This document shows, in pieces, positions 1 to 13,420 of a stretch of DNA of 64,000 bases. This DNA is from Geosiphon pyriformis uo1 (Eukaryota > Fungi > Glomeromycota): the NCBI GenBank assembly GCA_016748015.1, contig JAAOMT010000762.1, forward strand, positions 186,001 through 250,000, written 5' to 3'. Both the position numbers and the translations under genes were made by a program. Under the pieces are notes generated by a model that saw only the letters and a program-made list of their open reading frames with translations, did no database searches and was not told where the DNA came from. The number at the start of each line of letters is the position of its first letter. Position 1 is the first letter of the stretch.

Positions 1-2701
1 TTTTTAGACTGGTACTTGATATTGTTGTGTAGGTGGTTGTTGATACTGTTGAATTAATAGAGGTTGTTGGTATTGTTGCTGTAGAGCAGGTTGATAGTAA
101 TTGGTTTGCTATTGGGATTTGAGAAATAGTAGGCTAGTAGTGAAGACTGATAATAAGATTGCTGTGTTGAAGAGTAACATTAATTATTCCTGTTTTGTTG
201 GTCTCTTTGTAGCTTTCTGCAATCTTGTTTCCAATGTTCTGGAATCTTACAATAGTGGCAACTTTGGCTTTGGCTATTTGATAATGAGTAGTTGTTTTGG
301 TTTTGTCACTGTAATGGCTGATATTTTTGTGATTGTTGCTGTTGTTGTTAATTGGTAAAATAGTTCTCAATTTTTTTTGTAAGTTGGTCAATTTTTTCTT
401 TAGCTGCTGAGCTGGTTTCTCCAATAGCAAGATTCACAAGTTTGGTATAATTTGCTTCTTTCATTGCCATTTTATAGTTCTTTGTATGTCTAATAGCTGT
501 TGTTAAATTTTTTGAGACATATGGGTAAACTTTCTTGATTAACTTGTTTTTCAATTCTGCTATAAACTGATCTAAAATCTGGGCATTGGAATAGTATTTA
601 TTGGTTTCCAATTGTCAAATTCATTAAAGAAGTTTGTTGAATTTCCCAAAATAGGTTATAACAATTTTAGATGTTTCTTGTTTAATATTATGAAAGTGAT
701 TGTAAAGAGTAATAGAGATGTTGTTGTTGGTAAATTGTTATAAGAAAGCATCTTTGAATGCTTGCCAGTTTTCAAATAGTTCTTCTAAGTTTTCAAACCA
801 TTCTTTTGCAGTTCTTTGAAGAAAGTATGGGATTGCTTTGAGCATTCTTGCTGCATTCCAACTATTTGTGTCTCCTGCTTTTTGAACTTTGTCAAGCCAT
901 TCTTGAGAGCTGGTATTATTATCTTTACTGGTAAATTTTGTGATTTTTGCAATATAAACAGTTGTCATTTCTTCTTTGTTTTCTGTAGTTTCTTCTGGTT
1001 CTGATTTGGTTTCTTTACTTTCCAGATTCTCTGAATAATTACTTTCATTTTCCTGTAAATAATCAAAAAGATTAGTGCTAGTTGATATTGGTTTCTGTTG
1101 TTGAGTAGAATTTTTAAGTAACTGAAAATTTTCTGGTCTGGAAAAATAATTAAGTGGTGAATTTGGTGTTTGGGATTGAGTAAGTGAAATTAGAAATAGT
1201 GTAATAAAAAGTGGTAATTTGACACTGGTTCCTTGTTCAAATGTTTGTAAATGTTTGGCAGTTGTCTTTGGGGTCTTTAAAGTATTTAGGGTGGTACTTG
1301 AGTGTTGTTTTAGTTTTTGTTTGCCTTTGTTGCTTGTTTTTGTTTTTGATTCAAAGTCAATAAAATATTTGGACTGTACTGGATATGTTTCTTCACAATA
1401 CTTGATAATGTTAAAATTAAGTTTTTAGAAGTAGATGGCAAGTGTTTTATTATTAAGATCTTCAGTTCCCAACTGTGAATAGTGCACTAAATTATTGTAA
1501 AGATTGCTTCTAACTTCTGAAATATTGTAATTTTCAAGAAGATAATTGTTGATGTGGTTTTCAATATACTGGTAAAGTGTCTTCTTAACAATTTTAATTC
1601 CGTCTGTAATGTTGAATCTTTGCTTGCAATGGGTGTAAATTGACTGATAATACTCTAGAGTTGTTGTGTCTGGTGTGATCGCCACTTTGAAGTTGTTATT
1701 GTTGTGTTATTTCTATGGGAGAGCACCAAATGTTACCAGAGATTTTTGGTCTCTTTTCTTGACTGTTGTTAATATTTGTCTGTTGCTACTTTCACGTTTT
1801 TTGGAAGCAGTTGAACCTCCAATAACTGAATTTATATTCAAATTATCTTCTATAATTTGAACTGCTGGACTTATGAGTAAAATAGCCAATTCCATACCAG
1901 TTATTTTGTATAGTTACATTGTAGTAAATGTCAACTCTTTCCCAGGAATTGCTCATCTGGAAGCTCACTAAAAATGTATAGTTACTTTGCTGTAAAAGTC
2001 AACTCTTCTACAGGAATCTTGTTTGTAGGCTACTCTAATAATTATAATAAGAAAAAAATGAAAAAATAAAAGAAATATAAAAGAAATAGAATTCTGTTAA
2101 GGGAAATGTTTTCTATCCAGGCCTGGAGTCACTAACAGTTTACTGAAATTGGTAGCTAATCAATTTCGAAATGTTAGTTGTGTTTGAGGAACTTTCAAGT
2201 ATAATGATTTAAGGATTTGGTTTTCGAATATTTAATTTTTATTTGAATATGTAAAAAGTAATTTGTTCTAATTAAGATATCTAAAGTGAGATACTATGTT
2301 AAGATACTATGAGAAGATACATTTTCTTGAAGAAAGAAGCTCTTCTTTTATATAACTTGTTGTAATACTAGTCTTTGAACTTGCCTTTTTTTTTGCTACA
2401 ATTTTGGTGAACTAAAAATACATTTTGGCGAACTACAAGTTATTTCACTGAACTATTAATTATTTCAGCCAATTTTCATTAATTTCGGCGAATTTTGACT
2501 ATATTAAATGGTTCAGAGTATTGTGTAATTTGATCATTTTAATTTCTATGGTACAAATCGGATTATTAATTGAGTAATAATATTTAATAATTTGATTAAA
2601 TAATAAGTGGTAATCAAAATAATAATAATATATGCTAATTAATAATAAGAATTATGAGGGTAATTTCATGCTAATTATTAGCTAAAATTCTACTGATAAC
2701 A
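1..2701 (-). mobile_element. Ty3/gypsy element, LTR type A copy 1 (5' LTR, PBS, gag; runs off window start)
   Basis: Reverse complement is colinear with 44355-47050; gag fragments at 1425-1685, 738-968 (EWLDKVQKAG..AIPYFL) and 348-611 (ILDQFIAEL); premature stops. Confidence 0.92.
1731..2701 (-). repeat. 5' LTR, type A (971 bp)
   Basis: TGTTATCAG...CTGGTAACA termini on the minus strand, followed by PBS TGGTGCTCTCCCATAG (1713-1728); matches 44355-45327 and 5574-6567. Confidence 0.92.
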
Positions 2702-3152
2702 GCACTCTTAGAATTCAATATTAGATATCAAATGTACTTTTCAGTTATATTTTATTCAATAATCTTTAAATGCTGCAATTATACATTTAAGAAAAGGGTA
2801 AGGAATAACCAACAAATAATCTTTTATCCCAAAATGTTTAGATACTTAAAGGTAAAGAAAGGAAAATTAATGATAAAAGAATAATTGAGATAAAAGTTGT
2901 TATTTTATTTATTTTCTTTTTTTAATTCTTACATGCTTTTTTACAACTAAGAAATTCATCACTTATATAGCTATTAAAAGTGGTCAATAATTAGATTAAT
3001 AACTAGGTCAATAATTAAGTCAATAATTAAGTTAATGGTCAGATTATTGATTAGGTCAATAATCACTTTCTAAAAATAGAATGGCTAATTATATGACATT
3101 AGTGGCTAATACATGTAATAATTAATAAGAAGTATAGATTTTAACTATAACA
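2702..3152 (-). repeat. Partial LTR, type B, interrupted by the type A element
   Basis: Begins TGTTATAGTTAAAA on the minus strand; aligns with 37386-37834; contains the 12-bp TTATTGACCTGA-like repeats. Confidence 0.85.
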
Positions 3153-3339
3153 GTATAACAAAAAAGGATCCAAACTTAGCATAAAACAATTCTAATAGAC
3201 TGATTTTTTTATTGATTACAAATATATTATATACTACAAACCAAAAAAACTACATACTAACATAGATAGTCTCTCAAGATAAAACAGAATTAATACCAAT
3301 CTCAATTCTACTAACTTAACAATAAACAATAAACAAATA

Positions 3340-4620
3340 ATAGATCCCAAAAATTATAACAACATCAAAAGTTATTTAAAGACTCTTACCATATCAAAAA
3401 ACTGGACTCTAATCAAAAAACAGTGATTAAAACACTAATTAAAACAATATTTCTTATATCATAACAAAATTTATTATTAAAATTGTAAAAATCCAACAAA
3501 TTTACTCAGATTAGTCCAACAAAATAAAAAAAACAATCTTATACAACATGTACATAAACTTTTTATTAACATATTTAGGAAAAAATAATACAATCTAAAG
3601 AATATTTGAACATTATTTTTGGCCACACATATACCAAAACATTTAACAATATATAAAATTATGTAATAGTTGTTAAAAAAGAAAAGAAACTTGCTTTATT
3701 GAACTTTTAAATCCAATCAAAGTTGAACAACTTTTTAATAGAATCAGTATTAATTTAATTGGCTTACTACTGATTATAATGCAAAGAAATTATTATATTA
3801 TAGTTGTAGTAAATTACCTTATTAAATGGCCCAAAATCAGAGTTATTTAAAGAGCAGACACAAAATCAATAGCAAATTTCATTTATGAAAACATTATTTG
3901 TAAACATAAATGTCCAATTGAACTCTTATCTAATTAAAAAACATACTTTGTAAACAATTTAATACAAAAAATTTGTAAACAATTTAATGTTAAAAAACTT
4001 TTATTATCTCTATATTACTTACAAACAAATGGATTTGTAAAATGTTTTAACCAAATATTGTGTAAATTTTTAGTCAAAGTCTTAACCAATTTTGAGCAAA
4101 AATAGGATATTTTTATTTTATTAGTGTTACTAATATATAGAACACTAAAACAAAATACTATAAAACACATATCATTTAATTTTACTTATGAAAGAACAGC
4201 AATATTACCAATTAATTTTATTGTGGAAATATATTTAGCACAATCTATTACAGAAAAAAATTTTCAAGAAACATTCCAACAAAGAGCTTATATCTTTTTA
4301 AACATCTTAGAAAAAAAATGATGAATTACAGTCACTTATATTGAATACTCTTAAGCTTAACAAAAAAAATAACATAACAACAAATTACTACTAGTTACCA
4401 AATAATTCAAAGTTGAAAACAAAGTTTTTTTATACAGAACTAAGATTGAAAAATAATAGAATAGAAAATTTGAATATAAATAGAATAGATTATTTTATAT
4501 TTACAAAATCTTAGACAATAAATTATATAAGTTAAGATTTAATAACAAAGTTCTAGCCAAAGTTGCACATAGAAATTAATTAAAGCACTATTATTTCAGA
4601 AATAATTCTGAACTATTAAT
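3340..4620 (+). pseudogene. Retrotransposon integrase, degenerate
   Basis: rve-core motifs recognisable despite stops; ORF 4124-4321 is part of it. Confidence 0.85.
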
Positions 4621-4949
4621 TCTATAAATTGGTATATATTTTCTTTTAATTAATCTCAAAAATATTCTTCAATATTTAGAATCAATAGTTATAATAAAAC
4701 AATAACCAAATTTGAATATTTAATTTACCATTATTATAATATTTTTTTAATAATACAAACATAAAAACAAAAACAGTAAATAATTACAAAAAAAACCCAA
4801 AACCAAAAAGATATAAAAACTCTATACCCAAATTATTTCTTTATTTTCAAATTTTTTTCAAATTTTAGTCTTAATTTAATTACTTTTGTTATAATTATTT
4901 TCTAAAATATTCAAAAAATGTTTTAAAAATTAATTGTAGCATTAAAAAC

Positions 4950-5573
4950 ACTCCTTGACTTATCCATAATAATCAATAAAATTTAAATTAATTACACTTA
5001 AAAAAAACTATGACACCAATAGTAAATAATTCTCAAAATTATTATCCTTATAGAAAAAACATAAGAAGTTCTTCTGGAATTCAATTGTCAGAACTTTTGA
5101 AGTTTTAAAAGAAAATCTTTTATTTGTCTCTATTAATATTTTACCAAATGTCCCAACTTAACAAAAGCTTCAACAATAGAATAGTAAATAAAGCCATAAA
5201 TATACTCCTATTTTTAGATATTTTTATATTAAAAAAACACTTTATGAATGAAAACTAGAACTTGAAACAACCAAACTTATTCCTAAAATAGTACAAAAAC
5301 AAATTTGCAATTAATTTAAAACAGCAGTTGAACCAACAAATACTTATTACAAACTTAGAATAGTTCTTAAACTCTATAACTTATTTAATACTTGTAAAAA
5401 CATTTTACAAAATTCAATACTTTAACCAATAAAACTTTAATATTTTGGCAAACTTACAGAACAGAAATTTCAACAATTTTCAGACCAAATTACTTTAATT
5501 ATTTTGGATTACTATTTTAATATCACAAAAAATGCTTGGATCTTGACAAAGCTTAGTTTTGAAAAGAAAATTA
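4950..5573 (+). pseudogene. Accessory 3' ORF of unknown function, degenerate
   Basis: Reads ..YYKLRIVLKLYNLFNTCKNIL..FGKLTEQKFQQFSDQITLIILDYYF; homologous to 52640-52861 and 38575-38672(-). 5' boundary uncertain. Confidence 0.65.
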
Positions 5574-6567
5574 TGTTACTAGTAAAATTCTTATTATTAA
5601 TTAGCATATATTATTATTATTCAAATTATTACTTATTATTTAATCAAAAATTATTAAAGATTTTTATTTAATTAATAATCTAATTTGTACAATAGAAATT
5701 AAAATAATTAAATTATATAATACACCAAATTATATAATATTCAAAAATTTGCTAAAATTTGTAAAAATTTATCAAAATAATAAATAATTTACCAAAATAG
5801 TTAATAGCTTAATAAAATAATTTGTAATTTGTTAAAATGTATTTTTAATTTATCAAAATAATAGCAAAGAGAAAAAATTCAAGTTTATAAATTAATACTA
5901 TAACAAATTATATATAAAAAAAGCTTTTCTCTTTAAGAAAATATATTTTATTAAGAATTATCTTAATTAGAATCAATTAACTTTTATATATTTTTGCAAA
6001 AAAAATAAAAAATAAATACTTTAAAAGTGCAAAATTTTTAAATTATTTACATTTGAAATTTCCTAAAATTCAACTAACATTTTGAAATTAATTAACTACT
6101 AATTTCAGTAATCTGTCAGTGATTCCAAGTTTGGGCCAGAAACAACTTTTTAAACAAAATTTTATTTTTATTTTTTTATTTTTTATTATTATTATAATTA
6201 TTAAAATAGTCTACAAACAAAATTTCTGTAAAAGAGTTGATTTTTACAACAAAATAACTACATATTTTAATAAACTTTTAGACAAGTAATTTCTGAAAAA
6301 GAGTTGACTTTCACAGCAAAACAACTATACAATTTAGTAAGCTTTCAAATGAGCAATTTCTGGGAAAAAGTTAACATTTATTACAATATAATTATACAAA
6401 GTAACTAAATTGGCTATTTCACTTATAAGTCCAGCAGTTTAAATTATAAGAGATAATTTGAATATAAATTTAGTTATTAAAGGTTTAATAACTTTTAATA
6501 AACATAAATTAACAGCAAATTAATATTAACAACAATTAAAAAAAAAGACCAAAAATCTCTAGTAACA
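5574..6567 (+). repeat. 3' LTR, type A
   Basis: TGTTACTAG...CTAGTAACA; colinear with 44355-45327; three 67-bp internal repeat units. Confidence 0.9.
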
Positions 6568-6583
6568 ACACCAAAAAAATAAT

Positions 6584-7699
6584 TGTTATAGCTTTCTCTA
6601 AATTTGGTTAAATAATGTTAATTTGATTGTAATTAATTAGGCTGTAATAAAAAACTGTGATAGAATTTACCAAATTGGATTAAACAAATTAGTTAACAGC
6701 CAGATGGTTATTTTTAATCAAAAAAATTTGGTATAAGTAGTTAAGACTATAAGAGACTATAATATTTAAATGTTCAGAAATTATTTAAGGATGTTTTTAT
6801 ATACCTTACTTGTTGTTACTCATAGAAATTGGAAGTATTATAATTAGAGGAATAGCCAATTAGAAGTAGACATAGTAACAAAAGAATTACAAGATTCTTC
6901 TAAAGAAATTGCAGGATTGTAGAATCTCAGAATATTAAAATTTTTTACTTAAAATTGCAGTATTTCAGAATTTCAGAATTTTTTTAAAGAAATTGCAGGA
7001 TTTCAAAAATCTTGTATAATACTAACTATGTATATATAATAGTAGTATTGGAAACAAAAAAAGTATTTGGTTTAGTTTCTATTTAGCATTTTTTTTCTTA
7101 TCTATTAATTAACTTTTACTTTATAAATAGTTACTATTAACTAAAATAAATTCACCAAAATATTCAATAAACATACTTATTATCATCCAATTCATGTTAT
7201 TATCATTTAATTAAAAAATCATAATTATTTTTCTGTTATTAACACTTTATGTTGATAATATCTAACATTTAATCACACTAAAATAATAGCTCTTAATCAT
7301 GATTATTGATAGAATATTAATTTTTTATTTTTTTTATTTTCTTTTGTTGTTTGTTAACTTATTAACTGATTAAAAAGATTAAATACTAAGTAATTAATAT
7401 CAAAAATAGCCTAATAAAAGACCCAGAAATAAGAGTATAGAGTTTAAAAATTTAAGAATAGTTTACCAGAAAGGCATAAATGCCAGAATAAATTGGTTAC
7501 CACACTGAAAAAAAAAATTTGATGAAATAATTATTCTGGAAGACTACTGACACAATTATTAAATTTCTGTCCATTATACAAAGAACTTTACCAAAATCTT
7601 TAGATATAAAAACCTTTAGATATTAATACTATCTACCTATTGAGCACCAAGTTATGGATTTGTTATTTATATCAACACTTCAAATAATTATCTGTAATA
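6584..7699 (+). repeat. 5' LTR, type C (~1.1 kb)
   Basis: Starts TGTTATAG, ends CTGTAATA (decayed ..AACA) immediately before a TGG-initiated PBS; TATA-like tract ~7030; no second copy in the window. Confidence 0.7.
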
Positions 7700-10600
7700 T
7701 TTGGTGCTTTCTGTAAAATATAATCTAGCAGAGAACCAGCACTAACAACAATTATCTGGAAAAGTGGCAGACCAAAAAAATATAGAAGAAAATTATTTAG
7801 GATTTTCAAAATCCTTATTTCAGCACTATAAAAACCACTTTGAATTGACAAGTAACAATTGGCCAGCAGAATTAACTTTCAATTTCTATGTTAATAAAAA
7901 AATCAAATCCTACTTGGAAGCCAAAAGAGATTTAGAAGCTGCTTTTAACAACTTCAACAGTGAATTATTCCAAAGCACCACACTTTTATTAAACTATTTG
8001 TTTGTATCAACAATTACAGAAATAAATAGAAAAATTGAAAATTACACTTAACAGAGATTTTCTATTACTTTTGTAGACCAAAAAAAACTATAAACATCAG
8101 CAAAAACACCAAAAAAAATACAACTACCTACTTGAAAGAAACCAAGAGTTGTTTTATTCATTTATTTATCATATCATCATACTCCAAGAAGTACAATTAA
8201 CATAATATTAGCAGATGTATTCACATTAATTGCAAAACTACTATTAGCTAAAACTCTATTTCAGAATAAACAAAAAAAAGCTAAACTATTAAGAACATAT
8301 AACAAGTATTTTAAGAGATTTAATTTGTGATCAATAACACTATCAAAATATTAATTACTACCACTACAACTGGATTTCAGAACTACCAATCTGTGAAAAA
8401 TAACCAACTCAGAAGAAGAGAAAAATGAAGATCAAGAATTTAATTATCAAAACCCAATTTTAGAAAACCTGGAAATTCAAACCTCAATTGTTCAGGCTCA
8501 GCAAAACCCAAACAATCCAAAACTTACTTCTATTATTTTCCAAAACTTGTCTTTAGTAATTGTAATTAATTCACCACTAATTGTACTAATTACTGCTTAA
8601 AAACAACATGTTTAATAACAACAACTACAGTAGTAACCACCACAATAATTATTACCAATAACATATGTTTCTATTATCAAATTAGAAAAGTTTACTGGTA
8701 AAAAAAACAATGTTTAAGTCTGACTTAATGACATTGCTAAAGCAATTACTGCCAACAATTAAGATAAAATCAGAGCTTTATAAGTTATTTTATACTTTTT
8801 ACAAGATACTGCCAATTCATGATATTAAAGTTTGATCAATAAACCCATTACTTTTAACATGTTTAAAATTGAATTTTTCAAATATTTTAGTAATAATAAC
8901 AATATTAATTGCTTGGCGATTGCCTTCACCACTATTAAACAAAGAGACACAAAAGCAATTACTACTTACTTAGAACACTTCTATAAAAATCTGTGCCAAA
9001 TATAAGCAATTAACACAAACTATTTCACAATACCACAAATTCTAAATCAGTTTATTTGTGGTCTGTATAGTAGTTTTCTATAATAAATATGCTCATTATA
9101 TCTACAAACACTTCAAGATACAGTTATACATATTTAAGATTTTAAATTGGCCAAATTAGACACCAACTATGTTCAAGCTATAAATCTAGTAATAAACAGA
9201 TTATTTAATTTGAATTCCAAATTGAAACAGTTTAGTGATTCAATTAATTAGAAACTTGAAGAATACTTAACTAACAACTAAGCAATTTATTAGTCTTTAT
9301 AACATTGCAATAATTTAGGAAATTTAAATCACATTTAATAGTAGTCATATCTGTCATCATTAAATTAACAATAATAACAAAAAACATGTAATTGCTACTA
9401 TTGTGGTAAACAAAAACATTTGCAAATTAACTGTTGTACATAATTAATTAATTAATGATCAGAAAATCAATATTAAAACTCTAATTGTCAGTTTCAAACT
9501 CCAAACTATTAACCAAATTAAGACCAATATTAGTCTTAATATTTATCAATAATACAGCAAATATACTTACTGCCAATTTATTAGACTTTAGCATTGACAA
9601 TATATCAACTACAGTCACAAGTTATTTATCAATTTCAATAAATTTAAATATAGTCACAAAACTTATTTTAAAGTAGAAGCCAAAAACCAAAGACTATCCA
9701 AATCCACTAGAACTGGAAATTGATCAGAATTACAACAGCAAAATTTAAGAATTAACTATGCCCAAAACCTGGATGCCTAATACTATTTAAGTCTCTTAGT
9801 ATTCTCAGAGATCACTACACCCAATTTATTAGAATTCAATCAAACTCAATTACTTATCAACAATATTCTATTAGTGACCATCATTAAAGATAAATTACTT
9901 ACCACTATTTTTTCTTTTGAACTTGAAGAACCAGTTAAAATGTTTCTATTCAATAGAGCCATCCTTAAAGTAAAACCAATTACCATAATGTACACTAATG
10001 TGAAAGTTAATGGTCACCTTATCAAGCTAATTTTTGATAATGAGTCAGCAGATAGCATTATCACATGACAACTCATAGACCAATTAAGTCACTGAGTTGA
10101 TTATACTGTCAGCACTAAAATCATTATAGCAGATAAAGCAACAAAGACTTCAATTGGCAAAATTGATAATTTTTCATTTGAAGTTAATAATATTATAATA
10201 CCAATCAAGATTTTTATCATAGAAATCACACATTACCAAGCACTAGTTGGTAATAACTAGCTGTTCAAAACTAGTATTATGCTTAACTAGACCATTTAAA
10301 AATTACAGTTCAGTCAAAATAGACAATACATACAAGTACCAGCTACTTGTGGCCATTTTAAATTACAAATTACCTAACCATAATCACTAATTAAATTTAA
10401 GAAAAAAAAAATCTACTTGAGAAGTTTACCAAGTTTCTTGGATTAATGATGACTATAACAACTTACTATTGATACTTATATAAAAAAAAAAGAGAAAAAA
10501 GAAGAAAAGAAAAGAAAAAATGTTCTAAGCAACTATCTTTACCTATATACTTTATACTACCACCAGTCAAAGACACCTAATTTATTGCCAATTCAAATTA

Positions 10601-11444
10601 ATTTGTATCAATTGTGACAAAAAATTGTCAACAATGGACACATGTTGTAGTAACAATAAGGAATAACCAACAGCAACAAAATATTACTATTATTTATGTG
10701 TTCTTAAACACTTTAGATAACTCAAATAACAAAAAAAATGGGACAATAAGTCTTGTCTCACATGTGAAACAATTTTTCCCAACAAAAAAATATGGAATAA
10801 CATTTTTGGGTGAGGAGAAATATATGATAAAACATGTCAATACATAATTCTAATCAAAAATTAAGTATAAAAAGGGACTCCAATTGATAATACTTAAAAA
10901 CAAGCACTAAAATGTTTGGAAGACTACCCACACAACAAACATGAAATCTGAAGAATAGCAAATGCCAAAGTTGAAGATACTACATTTAGTAAACTATTGA
11001 AAATTAAAAACAACTTACTAACACTTCTTGAACCCAAATTTGTCTTTATGTTTGACTTTGATGACAATTTATAAACAATTTTGAGCAATTCTACAAGCAT
11101 TACCAAGACCTAGCACCAATTAAAGAAAAGCAAAAGCTAGAACAGTTAAATATAAAACTGTGTAAATATTGCTTAATTTTCAGTGACTTCAAATATTAAT
11201 ATAATTGTAATTTTATCTACAATCTACCATCATGCATAATTTATTTGGTTCCCAAAAAAGAAAAACCAATTTGCAAGTATGTAATAAAATTAGAATTAAA
11301 ACTTAATCCTAATTCAGACTCTGACAATAATAACAACAATAGTTTCAATTTCATTTACTATAGCAATGACAACAATGATTTGAACTCTAATTACAATTCT
11401 GAACAATGTATTACACTTTCAGATTTATCAAAAAAACAAAAACT

Positions 11445-11870
11445 AAGATGGTTCAGTAATAATAATGAAGGTATTATGTTAGAATGCATGCATAATATTA
11501 ATGCAGAATTTAATCTGAGATATCTAAAAAAATATGCCATAACATTGAAGTCCAATACACACATTTGTATTAATTTAAAAATAGCATTAAAAATCCCAGC
11601 AACAACAATAGTTCAATTAGCATCCAGATCTAATTTAGCAAAAAAAAAAATTAGCATCAAAGAAAAAATAATTGATATAGGATATATAGAAAATATTATT
11701 GCTATACTATAAAATAAATCAAAAAACCATATATAATTGAACCAAATGAAAAAATAGCATAGGCAATATTTCTACTTTTGGTAAAAATAGCTCAATTAGT
11801 GTCAGTAAAAACAAGAGAAAAATTAAGGATAACTACAAAAAAGATAAATAGATTTAGATCCACAAGTAAA
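11445..11870 (+). pseudogene. Retrotransposon-encoded dUTPase, degenerate (type C)
   Basis: AEFNL / QLASRSNLAKK / IIDIGY / KIA*AIF correspond to trimeric dUTPase motifs 1-4. Confidence 0.85.
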
Positions 11871-13420
11871 ATAAATATACCAGTCAATATGGCAGAGAAA
11901 AAAACCATTGATAAGAGAGAAATTATTTTCACTCATTAATCAGTTTTTACTTTACCATATAACTAGTATTTATTAATAATAGAAAAAAAAGTGAGAAATC
12001 AGCCCCAAATTTTTGAAATAGAACCAACTATTTGTAAATCAAAGAAGATTGAAATCACCAATCTCTACATATCAGCCAAAAACTATAAACACAACAAAAT
12101 TTTTATCTATAACACAACTGGAAACACTATTAAAATACCAAATAGAACTATTATTGAATATTTAAGCACTAAAGTTGAGAACCAATCACCAAACACTATT
12201 TCAGATTTTTCACAACTGTATAGATATGTGAATATCACATCACAAACAATATTTAGACAAGAAAAATATTATTTGCTCTAATTAGAACAATTAAAAAAAA
12301 TGAATTTAGGAAACTTAGATTCACTTTAATATATACAGCTTAAAATATTGTTTAACAACTTTACTAATATTTTTACAAGTGAAAATAAATTTGGCAAGAT
12401 TAACATTATTTAATAATAAATTAAGACTGGAAATGCAATGCCAATAAAACAATAAGCATACAAAATACCATCAGCAAGCCATAAAATTATCTAACAAAAA
12501 ATCAACAGAATGTTGAACAATAAGTTAATTTAATCATCAATGAGTCTATGGCCATTACTAATAGTATTTGTTTGTAAAAAGAATAGAAAAATCCACTTTT
12601 GTGTAAATTACAGAAAGTTTAATAATATAACTCATGAAGACAGCTATTTAACTTTATAAATCCAAAAATTATTCAATGCTTTTGGAAAAAAAAAATAGTT
12701 TTTTACCTTGGATTTAGACAGTGATTATTAGCAAGTAGTTATAAATCCAATAAATAAAAAAAAACAGCATTTACTACATAAAAAAAAAATTTGAATTTGA
12801 TATTATGCCATTTAGCTTAACTAATATTTCAGTCATCTTCCAACAATTAATAGAAATTGTCTATATAAAATTATTATAAAAGTTAGTAGTAGTCTACTTA
12901 AATAATACTAATATGTTTTTCAAAACATTTAATAATTATTTCCACCATTTTCAATAAGTGTTTGAAAGACTAAGAAGAGCCAAACTAAAACTAAATACTA
13001 CAAAGTGTTTCTTTGGCAAAACAAAACTGAAATTTTTAAGACATATCATGAACAAAGACAGCATTAAAACGAATTCAGATAAGATTGAGATTGTTAAAGA
13101 CTTTTTAGTACCAACCAATTTAACAAAACTACAAGCATTCTTGGAATTCACTAAATACTATTGCCATTTTATTCAGAACTTCTTTAAACTGGCTCAACCA
13201 CTTTATCAACTTCAAGCCAAAAACACCAAATATAAATAGACTGAAAAGCAGCAAAAAACTTTCGATATATTAAGAAGAAAGCTTATTTAAGCTCTAGTAT
13301 TAATCTATTCAGATCATAGCAAACTATTTATCATTACCATCAATGCATCTAGTCAATTATTGAAAGCTGTACTATTTTAGAAAAGACCAAATAGACAAAA
13401 ACATTCAGTAACATATGTAT

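Larger units (their letters stand above)
3153..6567 (+). mobile_element. Ty3/gypsy 3' half (end of RNase H, integrase, accessory ORF, 3' LTR type A)
   Basis: HTNIDSLSR (RNase H end), decayed integrase core (QTNGFVKCFNQIL, VLLIYRTLKQNT) and GPY/F-like segment near 4470-4540; purine tract at 5561-5570 precedes the LTR. Confidence 0.88.
6584..13420 (+). mobile_element. Ty3/gypsy element, LTR type C, 3'-truncated in RNase H
   Basis: LTR 6584-7699, PBS TGGTGCTTTCTGT at 7702, gag with CYYCGKQKHLQINC knuckle (~9394-9435), protease LIFDNESADS (~10030), Cys module (~10600-11220), dUTPase (~11445-11870), RT (~12400-13250). Confidence 0.9.

Noticed and set aside
4950-5573. env gene or endogenous retrovirus
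   Set aside because: Too short, with no signal peptide, furin site or transmembrane anchor visible.
11245-11712. Host housekeeping dUTPase (DUT1) or bacterial/phage gene
   Set aside because: Intronless, embedded in pol between protease and RT, multi-copy and decayed like its surroundings.
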